DNA from: Mytilus californianus
Taxonomy: Eukaryota
Direction: 5' to 3'
NCBI RefSeq assembly: GCF_021869535.1
Contig: NW_026262637.1
Coordinates: 17,112,001 to 17,176,000, forward strand
Length of the DNA stretch: 64,000 nt
Shown here piece by piece: positions 22,401-35,500 of this stretch (positions within the stretch are counted from its first letter, which is position 1; each line of letters begins with the position of its first letter). Under the pieces are notes generated by a model. The model was not told the origin of the DNA and did not search any database. It saw only the letters and a program-made list of their open reading frames with translations. The position numbers were made by a program, and so were the translations under genes.

Positions 22401-23729
22401 TGGTTTACCATCTACGTCGTCTGTCTGCTAAGTACCGAACGTGACCTATGCCCGAATATGACTGTTTTGTCGAGCGTGAATTCGCATTGCTATACGACGT
22501 GTCTTGGTATTTATACATCCAACATTCATGTATTTAGTTATGTTCTTTTGTAAGTACGGTTGGATATTGTGTTATGTCTTATCGTTTGTGGTTTGAATTC
22601 TGTATTTTCGGTAAATTCAAATATGTCTTATTTGTCAGTATAGTCGAGTTAATTTCCATTTTCCATGGATAAAGTATTGTGTTAGTCCAAATAAGTATGA
22701 CGTCGTCACAGCATTAATTTAAAATAGCCTTTCAAGACCGTCAAAATCATGATAATTATTTGGACTAGTATTGAGAAAAATAATTGTGAATTTTTGGATC
22801 TCGTTCCATATAATTGTATCAATTTCAAGATTATATATACGTCACAAAAATACGTCACTTTTTGTGGCGTTGATCCATTCATGTGACGCGCAGTTTGTGG
22901 TGTCCTGTGCTGTCGTTAATGGGAGATGTCCGTTGTTATTCTGCGGTTTACATATTGTAATGTACTATTATATTATTTATTTATGCATTTATCTGTGCTG
23001 AGTGTTCTTGCGTTTGTTTGTACTGTATCCCTGTCACGTAGTGTTGTCATTTTAGCGATACTTTTTAACATTGCCATATAAGCGGGAGGTTTGGCTAGCC
23101 ATAAAACCATTTTCTTAAAATGTCCTGTACAAGTCAGGTATATGGCAGTTGATAGCAAATAGTCCGTTTCTATGTATGTTGGCGTTTGTTTTTGTTGCAG
23201 TCCAGTGTTTCTGTTGTTTCGTTGTTTTCCTCTTATAGTTGATGTGTTTCCCTCGGTTTTAGTTTGTAACCCGGATTTGTTTTCTCTTAACATACTACTG
23301 TTGCCTTTATTTAGTTGTACCGTCCGTTTTTTTCACCGTTGGTAATGTTTTATGGTTAAACAGAGACATATATTGTATAATGCACCTATCAACGTATAAC
23401 AGGGATACCATGCCGGGTATCATCGTGTAGTATACAGCTGGCCCCTTTAGGATCATGTCAGTTCATCACAGGTTTTCGGTGGGGTTTGTGTTGCTCAATC
23501 TTTATTTTTCTGTGTAGTGTTTTATTGAATGTAGTTAATCTTTTCGTTTTGGTCATGGTGCTGTCTTTTTGTAATGGACAAATGGTTTAGTATGTTCTTC
23601 CTCTTCAAATAAAAAATCATAAATTCAATGTATTTGGTTAACAAATTACAATTAAATGTGATATATGTTGACAACACTTTAGCGCTGACTATTGAAGACC
23701 GTCCAGTCAATATGAAGGGCATCATTCAC

Positions 23730-24305
23730 ATATTAATCAAAACGCTTTATAACTTTTAGGGACAATATGGTCATTGCCTTCCTTGATATTAGTTTTACCC
23801 CCAAATAATACAACTGCACATGTAAAAGTGAGGCGAAAGATACCAAAGGGTCATTCAAACTCATAAGTCGAAAATAAACTGACAGCCCCATGGCATTAAA
23901 AAAATTAATAACCAAAAGACAAAAACAACAGTATACAAAACACAACATGGAAAACTAAAGACTGAGCAACAGGAACCCCATCAAAAACCGAGGATGGTCT
24001 CAGGTGGTCCGGAAGGGTAAGCAGATCTTTCACATGTCGCACCCGTTGTGTTGCTCATGTAAGTACAAACTCGGTTATAAGTTTAATTCGGTAAAAAGAG
24101 GACGGGATTGTGTTTACGACAATTTTAACATATCTGTCGTCATCTGTGAAGCAGATACTTCATAAGATCAACCAACTCGTGATGGCGTCCGAAACTTTTT
24201 CGAAGGGATGATTTCACCTTCACCACTTGGAACCCTTGGTTTAATAGGTTTCTTGTGAGCAGCAACCCTTTATCAAGGAAATCGTGATATGAAATGCAAG
24301 CTCTA
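23730..24305 (-). mobile_element. Naiad family B 3' fragment (RT end plus 3' UTR)
   Basis: 24170-24300 aligns with 15-150 (CAACCAACTCGTGATGGCGTCC...GAAGGGATGATTTCA); followed on minus by the CTGCTTACCCTTCCGG...GGGGTTC 3' region also seen near 23460-23520. Confidence 0.65.
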
Positions 24306-25455
24306 CGCAAAACTTTCTAAAATCAACGGATCATGACTAAGGGGACGAATAATATCAATAAAATGAAATGTGCCATTGCTTATACAGCTGAATACCAAAT
24401 ATTGATTGACTGATTGTTATTTGATTTACGTCAAGTAACCTTGATTACCTAACTTAATCATAAACATTGGTATGTAAGTTATGCAAAAGTTTCAAAGTCA
24501 ATGAACCATGAGTAATGGCTGTGACAATACATTCTGCATTAAAATTATAATGTTAATGCTAATATAATTACATACTTATCATTAGTGGTCCCCCTTTAAC
24601 TGACTTTATCTCAAACTTAAAACATGGAAACTGCAGTTTCAACTAACTAAAACTAAGGGGCAGGGCCAAATTGTAGGAAATTGCAGTGTACAAGTGCTTA
24701 TACAACTGCATACCATGTAACATTGACTAACTATTAGTAGTTCTACTTTTACTGATCTACTAACAATTAGCGGTGCCATATTTAATAGCTTGATCACGAA
24801 GTTTAACTTATCAACGATGCAAATGTTTAAAATCAAAAGACAATTTTATATGTTATAACTCATGTCAATAAAATGTAAATAAATTCAAAAGAAAAAACCA
24901 ACGGCTTGATTTATGCTAAAACCAATAAAAATACAAAAATGGCAGACAGGAACCAACGAAAATCACTAAATTATACGTCCCTGACTTTGGACATGTATAT
25001 GTAGAATGTGGCGAGATGGAATATATTAGTGACTTTTAATCTAACCGTAACCTGGGCCTTGGTGTAATATTTAAACAAAAGAACAAACAATACAACTCAA
25101 TGGGAAAGGACTCATCAGATCGACACTAAATAGGCATTAGGCACATAGAAAAAAAACAACAAACAGACAAAAGTACTCATCTAAGATCACTCGCAGTTAC
25201 TGAATGCTAGCTAGTTCAAAATCAATTTCAACTTAACAATAGACCATGTGTTTTAGACTAAAAAATCAATTTATAGTTGTTGAAAGGTAATTTATACATC
25301 CGTTTTTTCTCTTCAAAATACATAAATTGGAAGAAAACCACAGCTGTTTCTTTATATAAAGCAGAATATGGTCCGCATGAAGTCTTCGTTAAAATCAATG
25401 TTAAAAGTATTGCTACTATAAACATGATTAAATCCTTAAGATATTACAAAGAATA

Positions 25456-28400
25456 TTATGGTTCTATCACAAATGTATAAATTGTCTTGTATGAGCTTTC
25501 ATCCGTAGGTTTTCCTGACAATCGTAATTCTCCAGATTCGCCTGTCTTAACTGTAACTTTCCATGTGTCTTCGTTATCTCGGAGGATTTTTTTCTTGTTA
25601 ACTAGAATACTTTCAAAAGCTGGAGAGGTAAACTCAAAGCAAATTTCAGAATTTGCCGGCAGTTTTCTATCTAATGGTTGAAATAGCCGACACTTATATT
25701 TTATGGTACTTGAGTAGGTAATTGGGAACTTTGATTTCACGTTCGATTCTGCAATGTTTAGTATGAGAACAGTATATGCCAAAGTGTAGGTCTGGTCGAC
25801 TTTGCTAAACAGTTGGAGTTTATAGTACCCCTTATTTAATAACCTTGATTTTATATTGATGGAGGAGTCATTTTTCTCTACAATCAGGTAATCTTTGTGG
25901 TCGACATTTTTGGCATCGTGTAATTGAACTAGTACATCAGGAGTTGATATTGTCTTTAATAGTAGATCCAATTTACCATTTTTACATTCATAAAACGGGT
26001 TGATGCAAGACCTTTCGAATCCTCTATCAGTGAAATCAGGCTTCGGGCCATAGTAACCAGTGTTGTTTGGAAAAGGTTTCCAGTTTGGTTCAACAGCAAC
26101 ACAATCAATTATATAATTGGCTATTGAAATATTTGTATCGTTTATTGTTGCATGTAATGCGAGCGTATATTTTCCTTTATGCGGAGGGCGTAAAGTGTTC
26201 TTACATGATTTGTTATTTTCACACACCATAATAGCCCCGGCATTGATTGCTGTACCTTTGTCATCGTTTAAATTATACCAGCAATTCTGGAATGGATTAC
26301 CTGTTGTCTCAACTATTATTGTACATGGAGAATTGTTGATTATGATCGTTTCATATGGATGAGATGTAAATTTGACGCCATATTGTCTGGCTTTTTTAGA
26401 AGGTTTAAGTCTCCTAGTATATTCTTCTATTGAGATTGGATTTTCAAGAAGCTGCCACTCCTTACTTTCTTCAATATTGTTGTTCAAGTACGGAAAATGA
26501 TCATAAATAAAACTTTCAGGTGGAGTTAGAAAGAAAAAGTTACTGAAATTCTTGACAAAGTTCTTTTCTTTGTCTATGTGACCTGCACCCCATGTAGTTT
26601 CTATGAATCGCCACACTCCATTCAGCTGAACTATGTTCCATGCATGATTGGTTTTCTGGTTATATGTTATAGTTACGCCAGGTTTATGGCTATATCCTTT
26701 CGCATACCCGCTGATATTTTTACAAGTTATGCCTAGTGCTCTGAAATACAAAGAACATAACATGATAATATTGTTTCAGATAAGGGTGAAGGGTGGTCCC
26801 TATTAAAACGTCTAAACCCGCTGCATTTGTTTGCACCTGTCCTAAGTCAGGAATCTGATGTTCAGTAGTTGTCATTTGTTTATGTGGTTCATAAGTGTTA
26901 CTCGTTTCTCGTTTTTTTTTATATAGATTAAACCGTTGGTTTTACCGTTAGAATAGTGTTTACACTAGTCATTTTAGGGCTCTTTATAGCACGTGTTCGG
27001 TGTGAGCCAAGGTTCCGTGTTGAAGACCGTACTTTGACCTATAATGGTTTACTTTTACAAATTGTGACTTGGATGAAGAGTTTTCTCATTGGCACTCATG
27101 CCACATCTTCTTATTTATTTATGGTTTACTACTGTGGGTAGTTATATAATATAGTAATCTCAGAAATAACTGTCGCTTGGTAAACTAAAATTACCCGGAA
27201 CATAATGCTTTTATTTTTATATTCATGGATCGTCTAAAAAAGGAAAAGTTGTTTGGTATTGTTCTGTCGATTATATATATTGGCAGAAAAATATTGTATA
27301 CTACATCTCTTGAAAGAAGTTTCATGTTTTGATTTTATGTTTGCAATGAACAATCAACAGTAGATCTCAATAACCTGCAAATACTCGTAGGTCATGAACA
27401 TTTCAGTACAATTTATTATCAATTTTAGTCGTTGTGGTATGTATTTTCCTATGCAATACTATCTATAAAATTGATAAAAAGGTATATGCTCAATTCGTAT
27501 ATACAACCTCTCACTAAAGCTACTTACTGGCACAATGATTCAAACACGTTTGCATATCCTGAACAAACACTGCTTTTACTCTTTAAAACATCACCACCCT
27601 TAGTGGCTAGAGATGACAGGTTCCCGCCAAAGTAAGCATTGGTGTCATAACTGTAAAGTAGAAATATAATAATTACGTATTTAATTTTTTCATACAAAAC
27701 AAGTCACAATAATCAAGTTTTTTTTATGAAATAATTAACTGTTATTTTTAGATATCTCAATGGCTTTTTCACAACATTTTACAATCCATTCAGCAACTAT
27801 GGGATCCCTGGCGTTACACCTAATCTCGCAAACTCCGAAACGTACAGTGGTGACATCATGCTACGTTTCTTTATGTAGAGAAAGGGAAGTATGACCCGAA
27901 CGATTTTTAACGCTTTATGGAGTTAGCTGGTCTCGTTCTGTTTGGCGTTATGTGATTCGATAATTTGTTTTTCTCTCTTGGTTTGCGTCCTGTGCATTCA
28001 TTTATTTTCGTGATATATTGATATGTAACATATAGTTTATCTGAGGTTTAGACACTGTTGATTAACAATAAAGAATAAACAGACGTAATATACATTATTG
28101 AAATTGTAGAACTTTTGCGACACTTTCATAGAGAATACGTTAAACTATGGAATTAACTTTATAGTCTATGTTTTGCGTTTTTAAAGTTACATTTATTATA
28201 TGTTTCTTTATAAGTTTGTCAACCATTTAATATGCTTGATTCTTTTCATCACTACAAATACATTTATCACAAAGCTGAAAAATCGGAGTTTCACTTTACA
28301 AGAATAAATCTTGACTGAAAGTTAAAGAAATTAAAAGTATAATTATAATGACTTATAGTTCATTACAAATGCAATTTCTGATAGGTCCAATACTGTAGCA

Positions 28401-31400
28401 AAGATTATGTTGCCTCTTCTTGTGCCTTTCTTGGAATTAAACTTGAAGAATACATGTACCTTATGTTTTCACATATCCAAACATAAAGTGCTCTTACAAC
28501 TTCTATATCATTCTTTGCTGGTTTGGCAAGATAGTGTGCTAATGTTTCTATTGACTCTTCGACAGAACTTGGTGCCTGTAAGTAAAGTAATTTACAAACG
28601 CTCAAATAAAGAAATTAATATAATGTTGTATGATATACAATTATTGAAAACGCATTTGGATTGTGATCATTCTAAACAATTAATTTATTATAATTAGTTT
28701 AAATTAGCTTTCAACAAAGAAAACGTTCAGTAATCTTTTTTTCTAAAAATCATACAAAAAACTATTTATTGTTCGGCAAAAATAATGCCAAAAATATAGA
28801 ATAAAAAATAAATATGTGTTATGTTATATAGTATATCAGATGCTTCATTTGGTGCACGCCATTTACGAATTTACTTATTTATTGCACAAAAAGCGCAGCT
28901 ATGTGTGCATTAAATATGCAAAAATGTAAGGTGTAATCTAATATGCTAATGAGTAATAATTCAACCTCATATGAAACCGTATTCATACAACCTCAACTTT
29001 GAATTTAAGCGCGTGTGTTCATTCATTACTCTAGACTCGTAGAAGAAATACGATAATTTACATATATTTCTCATCTCCAACACAAAATCAAATATAACTA
29101 GAAAAATCGTTTGTAGATTGTAATAAACAATTAATTTTCCAATAAGATATAATGACAGCCTTTTTCGACATAAAGACTTTAGGAAGTTGATTTTTTTTTA
29201 ACGAAACCTTGCTATAATTAAAGAAAAAATATTGGGACAGTATTTTTTGGCCCAAAAACTATAGGTTCGCGTGGCTTTTTTTAACGTAATTTGTACTTAT
29301 CTCCCATGCCTATTAATTTTGCACTTAAAACACGTGTCTTATCCTAGCGTTGAAAAGACATCTCAGTTCCTTAGGGCTTAGGAAAATAATTTAGTTTGCC
29401 TTTGGTATAATGCAGAGTGCACGAAGTCACTAACAATAAAAAATAAAGGGCGCACATATCGACCAATCAGGATTAGCCATATTCTGAATTCTGAATACCA
29501 TGTTATGTTCATAAAATGGCTGCACCCATAAAATCTAATGGTTTATTGTTACATGTATACTATTGAAAGTGCTTGTCTAAATTACATTAACATTAAAACG
29601 AGTCCATATGTAAGAATAAAAAAGAAGATGTGGTATGATTGCCAATGAGACAACTCTCCACAAGAGACCAAATGACACAGTCATTAACAACTATATGTCA
29701 CCGTACGGCCTTCGACAATGAGCAAAGCCCATACCGCATAGTCAGCTATAAAAGGCCCCGAAATGACAATGTAAAACAATTCAAACGAGAACACTAACGG
29801 CCTGATTTATGTACAAAAATGAACGAAAAACAAATATGTAACACATAAACAAACGACAACCACTGAATTACAGGCTCCTGACTTGGTAAGGTCTGTGTTT
29901 TTGTTAGAAGTTTTTATGCTTTGTATAGATCTGTTGAGTTAAGCACACATTCAAGTTGACATTTAAGTGTCCGTCCCAAGTCACGAGCCTGTTTTTCAGT
30001 ACTTGTCGCTGTCATATTTGTTTTGTAATAAATTAGGCTGTTAGTTTTCCTAATTGAATTGTTTGATATTTTTCTTGTCGGGACCTTTTATATCAGACTT
30101 TACGGTATATGTTTTTCTCATTGTTGAAGGTCGTACGGTTGCCTTTAATTGCTTATACATCAACTTAATTTCAACTTGGGTGGATAGTTGTTTCATTGGC
30201 AATCATGCCACATCTTCCTATTTTTATATTAGTTGATTGCTTCTTTTGGACATTTATAACTTGGGTATACATATTAGTATGTTGTAAACAAAATATAGGA
30301 ATGTGTGTAAAAACGGGGATTTAACAGCTAATGCCCCTTTAAAGATTGAAACTTTGGCGATGATGTTTGTCTGAAGGGTTAATTTTCTTACGTATTTTAA
30401 TCAGTTCAAATATACATCATTGGCGCATTAATAGTCATATGCTCCTTCTATTCCAGTTATAACCCCGCTGCATTTTTGCGCCTGTCCCAAGTCAGGAGCC
30501 TCTGGCCTTTGTTAGTCTTGTATGATTTTTAATTTTAGTTTCTTTTATATATTTCGGAGTTTAGTATGACGTTCATTACCACTGAACTAGTATACATTTT
30601 TGTTAAGGGGGTCAGCTGAAGCACGCCTCCGGGTGCGGGATTTTCTCGCTGCATTGAAGACCCATTGGTGGCCTTCGGCTGTTATCTGCTCTTTGGTTGA
30701 GTTGTTGTCTCTTTGACACATTCCCCATTTCCATTCTCAATTTTATTTTTTTATAAAAGAAAGCTGAATCTGTTTTATATACGTGAATGACTACGTTTTA
30801 CCATTAAACACGTGTACGTGGACTATGTGTTAAAAGAAAATCCTTTATCTTATCAAATTCTTGAGAAATGTACTGCTATTAAAATATTGTCTTCTCTTTT
30901 TATCATTAGCAGATATTTTTTTACGTATGCCGTGACCTTAACCACGATACATCTCGTAACTTCGAGTACAGCATACATGTAGCACAAGTGCGATAAAAGA
31001 AAGGGTAAACAAACGTGAAAGTTGCATAATGTAAATTGATTTTGAAAGAAAATTTTAATACACCAAATAACAACTGTTATGACAAAGTCTACTGTGGAAA
31101 TGTGTTTGCATTTGTGGTCAATGGAAAAGTCCGTTCTTGGAGCTGCTGAACTTTCTGTCGGAAAACAAGCATATCATATCGTAATCTTAAGATTTGGGGT
31201 AAAGAACTTGAAATTTTAATTTAAAGCACAAGAGAAAGCATCCGTCTAAAAAGAATGCAAATTACAAAACCCGTGTTTGTTAGCAAGACCGCTAAGATCT
31301 TCCAAAACTATTGTCTTTTTCTGAGTATCAATAATTGGTCACCAGACAGATCGTTTAAGACGATTCCAAGATTTGTCATTACCATAAAAACAACAAAACA

Positions 31401-32555
31401 CACAAATGTCCGTGTAAAAGTGATTTATCTATTTAGATTTTACATTAAATACAAAATGTTCAGGTTATGACACCAATCAATGGATCATGTAGATCGTCGA
31501 TAATTAATCAACATGTTTTAACATGACTGTCATTGATTGCTTTGTTGTCAAAAGGTGTGACATGTATAACGGCTAAGATTATCCAATTCAAATTAATTAT
31601 TGATAAAACAGATTTTTATTCAGTTTGCACATTCTTGTCATCTGTCAAAAAAACCCAAAAGACTCAGTATAATGTATGAAACGTTCAAAGAAAAATACAT
31701 CTTGGAACATGCAGGATAATTTACGCGGGGTAAAATTTTCGCGTTCTTTATATAATTAGCTACCGCGAACAAAGCGACAATTAAAAACACACAAAAATAC
31801 CGATATACGCAGCTTAACTTTTAACAATTAAAAAGCAGCTAGTTTTTTTTAAATCTAAGCATTTGAATAAAAGCGTTTCTGTGTCGCTAAGGGGATAAAG
31901 CAACCAAACAACAACCCCGTCCCCACCCCACCCGACCCGGAGATGTCTCTTTGTTTATGTAGTAGATCTTTTGGTATGGCAAAATTTTAGAAGATGCTTC
32001 AACAACAGAAACATTTCTATATATTGATCAAAATTAATTATAACTTCCCGCTGTGCTACGTTTGATGCACCTCTTTGGATTCATCCGCATATTGAAAGCT
32101 AATGAAATAAAAATCACCGAATAATCGCCTGGATAAGATAAAGTTTCTTTGATGAATGGTTTTAACCATCGAAGGTCAACTTCGACTAAGGTAGCAAAAA
32201 AACATTATTTTTTGGGGACAAAAGTAAATCCCACCAGGTGTTACATACGTTACAAAATGGTTATAAATACCTGTCTTGCATATTCATCTATATCTTTGAA
32301 TTCGTCATAGTCAAGTTTCAAATCATCAGAATTTGCTGACGGTTTTTCTGTATCATTGTACGTTGTTGTTTTATGTGATGTTGTTTGGTCATTGTTCGTC
32401 GTCTTCACAGGTGATGACTGTCCAGTTTGCGGTCTGTTGACAGCTTCTGTAGAGTTGTAGTTTACTCCATTTTTCTGGTTTGAAACCCTCTCTTGGGTTT
32501 TAACTTCTTCGATTGAGTGTCCCGTACCAGATGTCGATGATGAACTACAACCCAT
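25456..32555 (-). CDS. Transglutaminase-like cysteine peptidase, KY/hillarin family, paralog B (about 602 aa)
   Basis: Coding exons 32271-32555, 28460-28575, 27528-27650, 25456-26740; all GT-AG, phases 0/2/2, total 1809 nt open. Motifs WICENISYD, SVCSGYA (catalytic Cys), HAWN (His), FIETTWGAG, then Ig-like repeats. Upstream non-coding exon donor at 32829, acceptor at 32580. Confidence 0.88.
26810..27120 (-). repeat. Abundant interspersed repeat (Mytilus Mg1/HINE-like), intronic
   Basis: TTGAAGACCGTACTTTGACCTATA...CATTGGCACTCATGCCACATCTTC is the reverse complement of the family seen at 29615-29886, 46570-46985, 61858-62290; family name from memory, unverified. Confidence 0.6.
29615..29886 (+). 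repeat. Abundant interspersed repeat (Mytilus Mg1/HINE-like)
   Basis: AAGAAGATGTGGTATGATTGCCAATGAGACAACTCTCCACAAGAGACC...CAGGCTCCTGACTTGG; further copies at about 29960-30230(-), 39580-39775(-), 46570-46985(+), 54255-54460(+), 61858-62290(+), 3250-3470(-), 18420-18640(+). Confidence 0.7.
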
Positions 32556-35500
32556 GTCAACAGCTTAAATCTCCAGAACCTGTGAAACATTTATGGCACG
32601 TAAGTCATAAGAAGAAAAAATATATGATTGAACCGGACCAAATAGTTGAGAATAATATGATTTGCAATTTAGGTTCTAAAATTTTTTTAAAAGCCTCAAT
32701 TTTGAGTTATGTGAAATTTAAATCTAAGCTGCATTTTGTTTCCTTTTCATTTTGTATAATTATGTGTTTTTTTTTAACAGTTAAAGCTAGCATATTGATA
32801 TGATTGGAAGCGGAATAAAGTGGACTTACCTTAGTTACATGTAGCAAAGATCGTCTAAATTACTGGCAGTTACAATAAAATCAACAAAGTTCCAATGAAA
32901 CGGCGCTCTATGTAAAATAGACCTTTCAATATTTTTATCTTTTTTACTATAAATCCTAAACAAAAACCTCAGTAATGACCTATATATCAATTGAAATTAA
33001 ACAATATACGAATTTAAATCTCTACTTCTTTTTATGTTTGTTTGTTCAATAATTAATTATAATACAGGTGTGTTCACGTTTCTTCAACTTTTGATACTTT
33101 GTTTACAGGCACATTGTAAATAATTTACAGGTTTATGAAATTTACCTGTAAATGATAATTTACTAAATGGAGTTACAATAAAACCCGCTCTATATAACTT
33201 TTGAATGATTGTTGGAAAAATTCGAAAAAATATTAATTTCTACATGAAAGATCCCTTGTATACAAAACAGTGGTTAACAACGAAACGTTTTTAAATCGTA
33301 TACAATTGTCAACTTTATAAGCATTGCTGGGCAAATACACCAAAATTATCTAGAAATTATGCGCAGGAAGAATGCTTTAAGTTGTCGGTGCATCACTAGT
33401 ATTACACAAAAATAAATGAAATCTTTAAATTATGAATACAAAGTTTTATTTAAAAAAAATGCCACACACTAAAACGTCTTTCCTGCTTTACTTTATATCA
33501 TGATTGAATTATGTTAAAAGTCTGTAATATGGTTACTAGATGGACCCTGTACATTGTACAATTCTACCATACACCAAATAAAGTTAGTCCATCGCTTAGA
33601 TAGTATCTGAGAAACCCTTACTGAGTGTTGTGAAAAAGGCAGCTTTTCTAGATAATGTTGGAGGATACTTGTTGGACGAAATAACGGGTTGCTGTCTCTA
33701 GGTCAGTGAATAATATGTGTTGTGCTAGTAAGAGTTGATTTGGTTGATAAGCAGTCTTTAGGAAGTTAAAAAAAGCGGTCGTATGTCTGCTCATTTTTAT
33801 AATGTTGTTGACTAAAGTCGGATTGGTAAACAAATTAATCGACATTGGGTGTACTGCTTAGGGTTTACCAAGCTGGACACCATTCAAAGGAGTTGTATTA
33901 GCCGGCGCAAATGCAAAACGCCGCTAACACCTGGAGCCATTAACTTAGAAACAAGTTTTTATTTCTAATTGGACGAACAATTCATTATATATATGTGAAT
34001 TATATAATTCAGCTTCTATTACAGACAAAACATGCTAAGATAACATTCTAACTCAGACATTACGTAAAAGTACGTTTGTGTACTGGCTCAATAAGATCTG
34101 CTTTTTTGAAATAAGTTTAAATGTGTCATCCGTCTTATGAAATAGACTGACAGAGTCCGGCTAACGGTGCTTAACGATTCTTTTATATTTTTAAAAAATT
34201 TTCTAAAAAAACACATTTCTGAAGCTGCATTTACATATTTATTTTAGATAACAATTGTATGTCGAACAATATAAAAGTATTTTTATACTAAAAATCCCAT
34301 GTATTTTTGAATTTTTCTAAATTTATTTTTTATTCTACTACAATGTATCATCACAAAATATTTGGTACAGATTTATATAAAACTAGGTTAGAGGGGACCA
34401 ATATACTATAACGTATAGTTGGGTATTGTCACTATTGATTTAAGCTATCTGCTAAAACACTTTCTCTATAATTACAATATCAATACACATGCATTTTTAA
34501 CTATTTCTGGATAGAACAAATCTCTAATGATATATGAATCAAAATAACACCACAAGCAGGTGAACATTTATTACACAACTTTCGACATAATATAAACATC
34601 TGTTCTTCTAGTCATGCTGTCGGACAATTCGATGTTTAACCATAATCACCCCAAAAAAAATATACGTTGCCATAGCATCAACGGGTACTGCTATATATGC
34701 CCGAATTGAAGCTAGCTCGCCAAAATGCGAACTTCTCCTTAATTGGTAAGTTCATGATATCAAAAACTTCGGAAAGTTAAATAAAACTAAGATTATAAAC
34801 GTATTTGCTGTTTTAATATTTAGAAATGAATTGAAAATGTATATTTAAATTTATTATTGTTCTTCAGTTTGTTTTCACGATCAAAATGTATATATATTAT
34901 CTTGTATTGTTACTTCTTTTTCTTTATTAAAAAAATGTTAACCTCAGTCTCTCTAATAGGTGTCAGTCGATCTGGCCTATCTCTACATTTGCAGTAAATG
35001 CCCAAGAAACGACTTATACTGTACAGGAATTGCAACCGAAATGGAGAGGTTTACATGTAGCTGAGAGTTTGAGAGAAAAACTCAAAGACAGACCATGTTA
35101 CATGTACTTTTATAAATACAGTATAACAAACATCGTTTTTCTACCTATTTATTACAATACTACATCAATTATTAAAATGTATAACAAGAAACATGTTTCC
35201 GTTGCACTAATTCAAAAGTCGATAGTCAACTGACCATTCAATTTAACATATTTTAGGTTTCATTTAGAATACATAGATTTAATCAAACACATTTACGATC
35301 TATGGAGAGCGCAAATCGAGAAAAAAAGTTTCTTATGTAGAGTAGCGATATTTTCTTTTGTAAACAAGATGCATTATGGGAAAATATCAGACGAATCTTG
35401 ACATTTATAGGGAAATAAATGAAATTCATCTTTTTTAAACCATGGAGGTATTCGACATGACAAACGTTTATACAACTTGCTATGTATTTGAACATAATAT

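Noticed and set aside
27720-27880. Possible extra or alternative exon in intron 2 of paralog B, with weak similarity to 58070-58200 in paralog A
   Set aside because: Similarity is patchy, acceptor/donor not conserved, the A counterpart has stops in all frames, and both genes splice in frame without it.
33590-33960. Coding-looking island (ORF 33648-33845); similar islands at 38450-39000 and 61200-61800
   Set aside because: Multiple stops and no motif I can recognise; probably decayed TE or gene debris. Needs tBLASTx.
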